Source: Nitrospirae bacterium JdFR-81
Lineage (GTDB): Bacteria; Nitrospirota; Thermodesulfovibrionia; UBA6902
Direction: 5' to 3'
NCBI GenBank assembly: GCA_002011735.1
Contig: MTOQ01000012.1
Location: 2,259-66,258 of the forward strand
DNA: 64,000 nt
Made by a program: the position numbers and the translations under genes
The notes under the pieces: model-generated
The model's database searches: none
What the model was told of the DNA's origin: nothing
Seen by the model: only the letters and a program-made list of their open reading frames with translations
Shown: piece after piece, positions 52,101-60,562 of the stretch
How positions within the stretch are numbered: position 1 is the first letter of the stretch
Layout: every line of letters begins with the position of its first letter

Positions 52101-53975
52101 ATGATAATCGAGGATATAAACGGCCCTGAGGACATAAAGTCACTCTCCCTCAGCGAATTAAATGAACTTGCCAGGGAGTTGAGAGAGGTGATCATCGAGA
52201 GGGTGGCGATTAATGGTGGTCACCTTGCATCCAGCCTTGGTGCTGTCGAGATAGCCATAGCACTCCATTATGTATTCGACTCCCCCAGGGATAAGATAAT
52301 ATGGGATGTGGGACACCAGTCCTATGCACATAAATTACTGACAGGCAGGTTCAGGGAATTCCACACCCTCAGGAGATACAGGGGGTTATCAGGCTTTCCA
52401 AGGATGCAGGAGAGCCCACATGACCCCTTCGGGACAGGCCACAGCTCCACATCCATATCAGCAGCCATCGGGATGATCGAGGCCAGAGATCACAAAAAGA
52501 AGGGCTTCAAGGTGATACCTGTTATCGGTGATGGCGCAATGACGGCAGGGCTCGCCTTTGAAGGGCTCAACCATGCAGGGCACCTGAAGAAGGACATCAT
52601 GGTCGTGTTGAATGATAATGAGATGTCCATATCACCGAATGTGGGCGCCCTCTCCACATACCTGAGGAGGATGATGACAGGAGACCTCTATACAAGGTTC
52701 AAGAAGGAGACGAAGCTATTCCTTGAGAGGATACCAAAGGTTGGAGACCCGATGCTAAAGATCGCACACAGGGCCGAAGGGACAGTAAAGGGCCTGTTTG
52801 CACCTGGCATCCTGTTTGAAGAGCTTGGATTTGAATATGTCGGGCCCATTGATGGACACAGGATAGACCTGCTTGTGGAGACATTCAGGAGGTTCAAGGA
52901 CTTCCCATCGCCTGTCCTGATCCATGTGATCACAAAGAAGGGGAAGGGATATCCACCTGCTGAGAAGAACCCCAGCATGTTCCACGGCATAGGCCCTTTT
53001 GATATCGACACGGGCAGACCACAGTCCTCGGCAAGGACCTCATACAGTGAGGTATTCGGTGAGTGCCTGGTCGAACTGGCAGAGGAGGATAAGAGGATCA
53101 TTGCCATAACAGCGGCCATGACAGAGGGCACAGGGCTTACAGAGTTTGCAAGGAGGTTCCCGAAGAGGTTTTACGATGTGGGCATAGCAGAGCCCCATGC
53201 GGTCACATTCGCAGCAGGGCTTGCCACACAGGGGCTGAGACCTGTTGTTGCCATATATTCGACCTTCCTGCAGAGGGCGTATGACGAGATCGTCCATGAT
53301 GTGTGCCTCCAGAACCTCCCCGTGGTCTTTGCCATTGACAGGGCAGGCATAGTGGGAGAGGACGGCCCCACCCATAACGGTGCATTTGATCTATCCTTTC
53401 TCAGGCATATACCCAATATGGTTGTTATGGCACCAAAGGATGGCAATGAACTCATCAGTATGCTCAGGACAGCACTCTCATACGATGGCCCATGCGCCAT
53501 AAGATACCCCAGGGGCATGGCACCCAGGCTTAAAGGAGACGAGACGCCCAGGACCATGCCTATAGGGAAGGCCGAATTATTGAAGGAGGGCAGGGATATA
53601 CTGATCATCGCCATAGGAAGCATGGTCATCCCATCGCTTGGTGCATCCGAGATCCTGGAGCAGGAGGGTATAAGCGCGTGTGTTGTGAACGCAAGGTTTG
53701 TAAAGCCCATCGATGTGGAGCTGATAGGGCACCTAACACGTAATATAAGGCATGTACTCACTGTTGAGGAGAACGCACTCCAGGGAGGTTTCGGTAGCGC
53801 CGTGCTCGAGACACTCAATGCCCATGGCATCAGGGATGTGAACCTCAGGATGCTCGGCCTTCCTGACGAATTTATACAGCAGGGGCCACAGGAGAGGCTG
53901 AGGGAAGGGCTTGGGCTTGATGCAAAAGGCATAGCAAGGGAGGCAATGGCCCTGTGCCTACCCTCTATCTCATAG
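52101..53975 (+). CDS. dxs: 1-deoxy-D-xylulose-5-phosphate synthase
   Basis: 624 aa. TPP-binding GDGAMTAG, GHQSYAHK, and transketolase-like Pyr and C-terminal domains. Its ATG abuts the ispA stop. Confidence 0.9.
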   Translation: MIIEDINGPEDIKSLSLSELNELARELREVIIERVAINGGHLASSLGAVEIAIALHYVFDSPRDKIIWDVGHQSYAHKLLTGRFREFHTLRRYRGLSGFPRMQESPHDPFGTGHSSTSISAAIGMIEARDHKKKGFKVIPVIGDGAMTAGLAFEGLNHAGHLKKDIMVVLNDNEMSISPNVGALSTYLRRMMTGDLYTRFKKETKLFLERIPKVGDPMLKIAHRAEGTVKGLFAPGILFEELGFEYVGPIDGHRIDLLVETFRRFKDFPSPVLIHVITKKGKGYPPAEKNPSMFHGIGPFDIDTGRPQSSARTSYSEVFGECLVELAEEDKRIIAITAAMTEGTGLTEFARRFPKRFYDVGIAEPHAVTFAAGLATQGLRPVVAIYSTFLQRAYDEIVHDVCLQNLPVVFAIDRAGIVGEDGPTHNGAFDLSFLRHIPNMVVMAPKDGNELISMLRTALSYDGPCAIRYPRGMAPRLKGDETPRTMPIGKAELLKEGRDILIIAIGSMVIPSLGASEILEQEGISACVVNARFVKPIDVELIGHLTRNIRHVLTVEENALQGGFGSAVLETLNAHGIRDVNLRMLGLPDEFIQQGPQERLREGLGLDAKGIAREAMALCLPSIS

Positions 53976-56605
53976 ACGGTAACTCCTACATCTACAGGGC
54001 CTTCTATGCCATAAAGAGACTATCCACCTCAGACGGCTTCCCCACAAACGCCATTTATGGCTTTACCAATATGATACTCAAGATCCTGAGGGAGAGGTCT
54101 CCTGAGTATTTTGCGATCGTCTTTGACTCGCCTGAACCAACCGAGAGACACAAGATATATGAGGACTACAAGGCACAGAGGCCGCCTGTGCCAGAGGACC
54201 TAAGGCCCCAGATACCTGTAATCAAGGAATTGATAGAGGCGTTTAATATAAAGACTGTTGAGGTGCCTGGTTATGAGGCAGATGACCTGCTTGGAACGAT
54301 CGCAAAGAAGGCAGAGGAGGAGGGTGTGGATGTCTTCATAGTCTCGGGTGATAAGGATCTGTGTCAGATATTGACCCCGCACATAAGGCTCTATGACACC
54401 ATGAAGGACAGGATAACGGATGAGAAGGCGGTGATAGAGCGATACGGTATAAGGCCTGAAAGGTTCCCTGAGGTGATGGCGCTGATGGGTGATCCGATCG
54501 ATAATATCCCTGGTGTGCCAGGGATCGGAGAGAAGACGGCGGTCAGGCTCATAAAGGAGTTTGGCAGCCTTGATAACCTGTTGAGGAACTACTCAAGGAT
54601 AAAGAGCCCAAAACTGAGAAGGGCCATATCAGAAAACCTTGAGAATATAAGGCTGAGCCTCAGGCTTGCGACCATAAAGACCGATATACCATTTGATATA
54701 TCAATGGATGACCTCAAACCAGGAACACCCAGATGGGACAGGATACTGGATTACTTCAGGAGGTATGAATTCAGCAGTCTCATCAGGCTGATCCCAGAGG
54801 AGGAGGTGGCATCTGATGAAGAGACAGAGTTCATCACCATCCTGAGTGAAGACACACTCGAACAGGCCATCTCCCTGATCAAGGACGATGTGACCATTGA
54901 CACAGAGACCTCATCACAGCATCCTGTAGGGGCCGAGATCGTGGGTATATCCATGACCACAGAGCCTGCAATGGCCTATTATATACCTGTCTCACATTCA
55001 TACAGGGGCGTCCCTGAACAGTTGCCAGGGGAGTATGTATTCAAGAGGCTTAAGAGGATACTGGAAGACCCTGATATAAGGAAGACAGGGCACAATATAA
55101 AATACGATCTCATAGTGTTGAGAAGCCATGGTATAAGGCTCCAGGGGATATACTTTGATACCATGGTGGCATCCTACCTGTTGATGCCGAATAAGGCGAA
55201 TCATAACCTGAATGATGTTGCACTCCATTACCTCGGGCATAAGAAGCTCTCATACGATGAGGTTGCAGGTAAAAGGGGCTTCAGGGAGGTGGATATAGAG
55301 GATGCAACAAGGTATTCAGGGGAGGATGTCTCTGTCACATTGAGGCTGAGGAGGGTGCTTGAACCCATGCTGAGGGACGAGGGGCTTGAGGACCTCTTCC
55401 ACAATATAGAGATGCCCCTGATAGAGGTCCTTGCCGAGATGGAGATGGCAGGTGTGAAGATAGACATCGGGCTGATGAGGCGACTCTCTGACGAGCTCCA
55501 GAGGGAGATCAGTGCCGTTGAGGAGAGGATATACTTCATCGCAGGTGAGAGGTTCAACATCAATTCACCAAAACAGCTCCAGGAGATACTGTTTGATAAA
55601 CTCGGTCTGAGGACACTGAAGAGGACTAAGACGGGATATTCAACAGATGTTGATGTGCTGGAGGAGTTGAGATTCGAACATGAACTGCCCGGTGAGATAC
55701 TCGAACACAGGACACTCTCAAAGTTAAAGAACACCTATGTGGATGCACTCCCCAGGCTTGTCAACCCGAAGACAGGGAGGCTCCATACATCATTCAATCA
55801 GACCGTAACAGCCACAGGGAGACTGAGCAGCTCTGAACCAAACCTCCAGAACATCCCTGTCAGGGGCAGGTGGGGCATGAGGATAAGGGAGGCGTTTGTT
55901 GCCGAGGAGGGCCATGTATTGCTATCAGCAGACTACTCACAGATAGAGCTCCGCATCCTTGCACACCTGAGTAAGGACGAAGGCCTGAGGAGGATATTCA
56001 ATGAGGACGGGGACATCCACACCATGACCGCCTCGGAGATCTTCGGTGTGCCAGAGGGGGGTGTTGATGCCGAGATGAGGAGGAGGGCGAAGACCGTCAA
56101 CTTCGGTATAGTATATGGTATAAGCCCCTATGGCCTGGGCAAGGAGCTCCAGATAGGCACTGATGAGGCAAGACAATATATAGATACATATTTTGCAAGG
56201 CATCAGGGTGTAAAGAGGTATATCGATGAGCAGATAAGGCTGGCCACCGAGAGGGGTTATGTCACGACCATATTCAGGAGGAAGAGGCCGATCCCTGAGC
56301 TCAGGAGCAGGAATAAGACAACAAGGCAGCTTGGAGAGAGGCTTGCCATGAACACGCCGATACAGGGCTCTGCTGCTGACATCATAAAGATAGCCATGAT
56401 CAACATACACAGACGCCTCAGGGACGAAGGGCTGAGGACAAGGATGCTCCTGCAGGTGCATGATGAGCTGTTATTCGAGGTGCCTGTTGAGGAACTGGAC
56501 AGGGCCAAGAGACTGATAAAGGAAGAGATGGAGGGTGCCGTGAGCCTCTCTGTCCCGCTCAGGGTGGACATAGGAACAGGCAGGAACTGGGCAGAGGCAC
56601 ATTAA
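53954..56605 (+). CDS. polA: DNA polymerase I
   Basis: 883 aa with a 5'-3' exonuclease domain (LYLIDGNSYIYRAFYA), a 3'-5' exonuclease domain and polymerase motifs A, B and C (DYSQIELRILAHLS, QVHDELLFE). The start codon is GTG, and it overlaps the dxs 3' end by 22 nt. Confidence 0.9.
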   Translation: MPTLYLIDGNSYIYRAFYAIKRLSTSDGFPTNAIYGFTNMILKILRERSPEYFAIVFDSPEPTERHKIYEDYKAQRPPVPEDLRPQIPVIKELIEAFNIKTVEVPGYEADDLLGTIAKKAEEEGVDVFIVSGDKDLCQILTPHIRLYDTMKDRITDEKAVIERYGIRPERFPEVMALMGDPIDNIPGVPGIGEKTAVRLIKEFGSLDNLLRNYSRIKSPKLRRAISENLENIRLSLRLATIKTDIPFDISMDDLKPGTPRWDRILDYFRRYEFSSLIRLIPEEEVASDEETEFITILSEDTLEQAISLIKDDVTIDTETSSQHPVGAEIVGISMTTEPAMAYYIPVSHSYRGVPEQLPGEYVFKRLKRILEDPDIRKTGHNIKYDLIVLRSHGIRLQGIYFDTMVASYLLMPNKANHNLNDVALHYLGHKKLSYDEVAGKRGFREVDIEDATRYSGEDVSVTLRLRRVLEPMLRDEGLEDLFHNIEMPLIEVLAEMEMAGVKIDIGLMRRLSDELQREISAVEERIYFIAGERFNINSPKQLQEILFDKLGLRTLKRTKTGYSTDVDVLEELRFEHELPGEILEHRTLSKLKNTYVDALPRLVNPKTGRLHTSFNQTVTATGRLSSSEPNLQNIPVRGRWGMRIREAFVAEEGHVLLSADYSQIELRILAHLSKDEGLRRIFNEDGDIHTMTASEIFGVPEGGVDAEMRRRAKTVNFGIVYGISPYGLGKELQIGTDEARQYIDTYFARHQGVKRYIDEQIRLATERGYVTTIFRRKRPIPELRSRNKTTRQLGERLAMNTPIQGSAADIIKIAMINIHRRLRDEGLRTRMLLQVHDELLFEVPVEELDRAKRLIKEEMEGAVSLSVPLRVDIGTGRNWAEAH

Positions 56606-58257
56606 ATCTCCCTCAGCCCCCTCAGGGCCTTCTCATGCCCGGGCGAGACCTTGAGTGCCTTATCAAAGAAGCCCCTGGCGGTGGTCTTAAGACCTGCCCT
56701 TAAATAGACCCAGCCAAGCTCTGCCATATAATCAGGGTTCATGGGATCAAGCTCCACCGCCCGCTGGAGCGGCTCCTTCGCCTCTTTGACCTTCCCCTGC
56801 CTCAGGAGTATCAGCCCATGGAGATAATGATAACGGGCCTTTGAATCATCCAGATATATAGCCTGCCTGACGTATGTCTCGGCCACCTGATAATTACGTT
56901 CATTAAAATACCTCATCGCCAGCCTGTACTTCCTCATTGAAGGAGGGTCAGGCGTGGATGGCCTCCTCGCCTTAACAAAGACCTCGTTGTCATACCTCCT
57001 CCTCTTTTCAGGGTCTGAGAGCACCCTGTATGCCTCGTTGATATATGAGAATATACGGTTCAGTTTATTCCTCAACGAGTCATCATCAAACAGAAAATGC
57101 CTGTCAGGATGGAACCTCTTTGCCACCTTATAATACGCCTTCCTTATCTCATCCTTTGAGGCATCCCTCTTCACCCCGAGCACCCCGTAATAACCGAGCC
57201 TCTCGTAATTCCTGAACATATCCTCTATCTCTCTTATTGATTCAGGGACCTCGGCCTTCTCATAGATATCCCTCACCTCCCTCTCCGAGACGGGTGGGGC
57301 AGGAATGGTCGTCAGGAGCCTTATGCTGAGGAACCCATATATACTCTTGGCAGCCTCAGAAGGCTCGAGACGGGACTTGACGATGATATCCCTTACGGTA
57401 TTCTTATTATCAACAAGCGAGAGCACCCTCTTGCCAGGTTCATCCACATGGATGTCCTGGAAGAGGTCCAATGGGCTCGAAGAGAAGTACACTATCCTGT
57501 CCAGTGGCATATGCTTCATTATCCTCTGGACATCCTTTATCCTCTTTATCCCGTAATATATGAGATTGCCTGGTGAGAGCTTCAGCGTGATCACCTCTTT
57601 GCGGGGAAACTCTCCCTCCTCAAATACAAAGCTCCCGTCCTCAAGGGAGAAGAGGCTGAGTATTATCTCCTCCACCTGCCCCCTTACAGACTCAAAGAGC
57701 TGATGGGGGTTGAGCACACCATGACTGACCAGTATATTACCGAGCCTCTTGCCGGTCTTCTTCATCTCGGCCACCGCCTCTTTATACTGGCCTGGGGTGA
57801 TCAATCCCTTGCGCAAGAGATACTCCCCGAGCCTGTCCTCGGGCTGGTTAGAGGCAGAGAATATCATATCACCCTTCTCCACATAGACCTTCTTTATAAT
57901 GTCCTCAAGCCATACCTTGAAGATACCGGTCCTCTGTGTAAGGTACAGTCCAAGCAGGGCATCAGCCAGTTCATAATATATAATGCGACCGCTTAAACCA
58001 CCCTTCCTCCTTAAGCCAAGCCTTGTAAGGGAACTCTCATGCCTTGTCCAGACAACCTCGCCATCTGTAAGGAGTTCGGGTTTTTCAACCTCAACCTTTA
58101 CTATCTCGCCCCTCTGCAGGTTACACCTCTCACGCACTATAATCCCGACACCACTGAGTGAATAGTCAACAAGCCTTGCTGGCAGGAACCTGTCCTGATA
58201 TCTGAGCCTTGCATCAGAGTCCGCAGGATATCTCTTGAAGTATCTCTTTTCCTCCAT
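56602..58257 (-). CDS. Multidomain protein with N-terminal PilZ (c-di-GMP receptor-like), a central domain of unknown function, a J-domain (DnaJ) and C-terminal TPR repeats
   Basis: PilZ motifs RYFKR (RxxxR), 20 aa, then DYSLSG (DxSxxG). J-domain YYGVLGVKRDASKDEIRKAYYKVAKRFHPDR with HPD. About 4 TPRs at the C-terminus. 551 aa. Confidence 0.7.
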   Translation of the reverse strand: MEEKRYFKRYPADSDARLRYQDRFLPARLVDYSLSGVGIIVRERCNLQRGEIVKVEVEKPELLTDGEVVWTRHESSLTRLGLRRKGGLSGRIIYYELADALLGLYLTQRTGIFKVWLEDIIKKVYVEKGDMIFSASNQPEDRLGEYLLRKGLITPGQYKEAVAEMKKTGKRLGNILVSHGVLNPHQLFESVRGQVEEIILSLFSLEDGSFVFEEGEFPRKEVITLKLSPGNLIYYGIKRIKDVQRIMKHMPLDRIVYFSSSPLDLFQDIHVDEPGKRVLSLVDNKNTVRDIIVKSRLEPSEAAKSIYGFLSIRLLTTIPAPPVSEREVRDIYEKAEVPESIREIEDMFRNYERLGYYGVLGVKRDASKDEIRKAYYKVAKRFHPDRHFLFDDDSLRNKLNRIFSYINEAYRVLSDPEKRRRYDNEVFVKARRPSTPDPPSMRKYRLAMRYFNERNYQVAETYVRQAIYLDDSKARYHYLHGLILLRQGKVKEAKEPLQRAVELDPMNPDYMAELGWVYLRAGLKTTARGFFDKALKVSPGHEKALRGLREI

Positions 58258-58527
58258 ATCAAATACCGCCCTTTTGTGCCTGCCAACCCATGTTAATGTC
58301 AGGGTGTAATATAATACTGAAGCAACAAAAATTCAAGATAAAAATCATAGCCCCGGGGAGGGGTTGTTATCTCTGAGTATGAATTTAGTTGGAGAGGGAC
58401 CTTAATCAATCCAGACAGAATATGTTTCCTCTTTACCCTCTTGTCTACTTAACAGCCCGTCTGCAATCCTGGATAAGAGCCTCTTATTTATTTTTAATAA
58501 TTCATTTCAGTATAATATTTTTGTACT

Positions 58528-59961
58528 TTGTCCTTGATTGCCCCCGAAGAAACAACGGCATTTTTGGATAGATTATCTTTGAGTAAGGATCGAATCAAAG
58601 TCTGCAGGAGACCCGTTCTCATGAAAGACAGACTCGATATCCTGGCCATATCCCTTCTTATATTAATCTCGGCTGTATCCATCTCCAGGATGGCTATTGC
58701 ATCTGACCTGATGTTTCTCAAGGATTGCCTCTCATCCATCAGGGCAGGGGACTATGAGAAGGCCGTCAAGGAGTGCAGGGATGCAACAGAGAAGAGGCCT
58801 GACTCTGCAGAGGCATACTTCGCCCTCTCCTTTGCCTATGACAGGCTTGAGAGGTACGAGGATGAGATAGAGGCCCTGCAGAAGGGCCTGGAGATAAAGC
58901 CTGACTATGAGAAGGCATATCTCTCGCTTGGATATGCATATGATAAGCTGGGCAGACACGAAGAGGCCATCAAGGCGTTCAAACAGGCACTCAGGATCAA
59001 GCCTGATTATCTTGAGGCACATCTTGCCATGGGATATGTCTATGATAAGTTAGGAAAATGTGATGAGACGGTGAAGGTCTGTGAAAAGGCGATCAAGATC
59101 GACCCAAATATCACCGAGGCATATCTTACCCAGGGGTATGCCTATGATAAGATGGGGAGGTATGAGGATGAGGTAAAGGCACTAAAACAGGCAGTGAGGC
59201 TGAGGCCTGACGATGCAAGGGCACACTTCAGCCTCGGGTTTGCCTATGACAAGCTTGGCAGGTATGAGGAGGCTATAGGCTCTTTCATGGAGGTTTTGAG
59301 GATCAATCCTGACAACATCGCAGCCCTCCTTGCAACGGCATATGCATATAACAAACTGGGTAGATATCAGGATGAGGTGGAGACCTATAGAAGGATACTG
59401 AGGATAGAGCCTGACTATACAGGTGTCAACAGGGGGCTTGGATATGCCTATGACAGACTCGGTAGATACAGGGAGGCGATAAGGGCGTACAGGAAGGCAT
59501 TGAAGGATTATCCTGACGATGCAGGGTTACGGCTTGCCCTTGCAAATGCGTATACAAAGATAGGAGACACAGAGGCCTCTATCAGGGCGTTCAAAGGGGT
59601 GATAGAGGTAAAGGGTGATATGCCGGAGGCATACATCGGTCTCGGATTTGCCTATGACAGACTCGGTAGATACAGGGAGGCAGCCGAATCCTTCAGAAAG
59701 GCGATAAGACTCAGGCCCTCCTCTGCAGAGGCACATCTGGGTCTTGGTATCGTGTATGACAAGCTCGGTAGATACAGGGAGGCGATAAGATCCTTCAAAG
59801 AGGCCCTGCGATACAACCCTGACCTTACGGAGGCGCGCTTCTGCCTCGGTGCCGTGTATCACATCACCGGGCAGAAACAAAAGGCGATGGAGGAATACAG
59901 GATCCTCAAGAAGACGGACCCTGAAAAGGCACAGAAACTCCTTGATTACATGAAGGGGTAA
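58528..59961 (+). CDS. Exported or membrane-anchored protein composed of about 11-12 near-identical TPR units
   Basis: N-terminal hydrophobic segment (ILAISLLILISAVSISRMAIA), then iterated 34-aa units of the form EAYxxLGxAYDKLGRYEEAIxAFKxALRIKPDY. The DNA itself shows repeated 20-40 nt segments, for example ggtagatacagggaggcgataag at 59461, 59668 and 59767. Confidence 0.7.
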   Translation: MSLIAPEETTAFLDRLSLSKDRIKVCRRPVLMKDRLDILAISLLILISAVSISRMAIASDLMFLKDCLSSIRAGDYEKAVKECRDATEKRPDSAEAYFALSFAYDRLERYEDEIEALQKGLEIKPDYEKAYLSLGYAYDKLGRHEEAIKAFKQALRIKPDYLEAHLAMGYVYDKLGKCDETVKVCEKAIKIDPNITEAYLTQGYAYDKMGRYEDEVKALKQAVRLRPDDARAHFSLGFAYDKLGRYEEAIGSFMEVLRINPDNIAALLATAYAYNKLGRYQDEVETYRRILRIEPDYTGVNRGLGYAYDRLGRYREAIRAYRKALKDYPDDAGLRLALANAYTKIGDTEASIRAFKGVIEVKGDMPEAYIGLGFAYDRLGRYREAAESFRKAIRLRPSSAEAHLGLGIVYDKLGRYREAIRSFKEALRYNPDLTEARFCLGAVYHITGQKQKAMEEYRILKKTDPEKAQKLLDYMKG

Positions 59962-60555
59962 TCAATCCTTCCTGCTCACCACGGTGACCTGCTTCTCCGT
60001 CCTTGTGGAGTAGGCGCCCTTGAGGTGGAGGCTGAATCTCTGGAGGAGCCAGAGTTCAGGGAGTATCTCTGCTATGATCTCACCGTCGTCAAAGACCCTC
60101 ACTATAGAGCTCTCTGATACAACAACCGCCACGGCGTTTGTATGCTTTGTTATCGAGGCTGCCGCCATGTGCCGGCTTCCAAGGCCAAGGGGCAGGTTTA
60201 TACCCTTTGAGGATGCATTGATATATCTGCAGGCTGAGAGTATGATGCCAGAGTCAGAAACGATGAAGGCACCATCAAGCTTCGCAAGCTCCTTTATCGT
60301 CTCCCTGATGTCAGGGTTCTCGATGTGCTTCTTCTTGTCAGGATGATACCAGAGCGGGTCGAGTATGAGACACTTTGAGTTGTTGAGCACCCTGTCAGAG
60401 TCGGAGACGACAAACATCGTGCCAACCTTCTTCCCCTCCCTTCCCTCTCGTGCGATCTCTATGGCAAGGACGATAACCTCTTCAAGGGTCTGAAGATTGA
60501 CACCCCTCTTCTTGCTGCATATATCCCTGAGGAAGTCTACCTTTCTCCTCCCCAT
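59962..60555 (-). CDS. Stand-alone diadenylate cyclase (DAC/DisA_N domain, no TM segments)
   Basis: DAC motifs DGAFIV, GSRHMAAASIT (RHR-like) and AVAVVVSESSIVRVFDDGEI. 197 aa. It lies 7 nt downstream of htrA on the same strand. Confidence 0.75.
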   Translation of the reverse strand: MGRRKVDFLRDICSKKRGVNLQTLEEVIVLAIEIAREGREGKKVGTMFVVSDSDRVLNNSKCLILDPLWYHPDKKKHIENPDIRETIKELAKLDGAFIVSDSGIILSACRYINASSKGINLPLGLGSRHMAAASITKHTNAVAVVVSESSIVRVFDDGEIIAEILPELWLLQRFSLHLKGAYSTRTEKQVTVVSRKD

Positions 60556-60562
60556 CCACCTC

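Noticed and set aside
58528-59961. Regularly spaced DNA repeats, checked as a possible CRISPR array
   Set aside because: The repeats are in frame within a continuous 477-codon ORF that encodes TPR units. The spacing is about 102 nt of protein-coding units. There are no short palindromic direct repeats with unique spacers and no cas genes.
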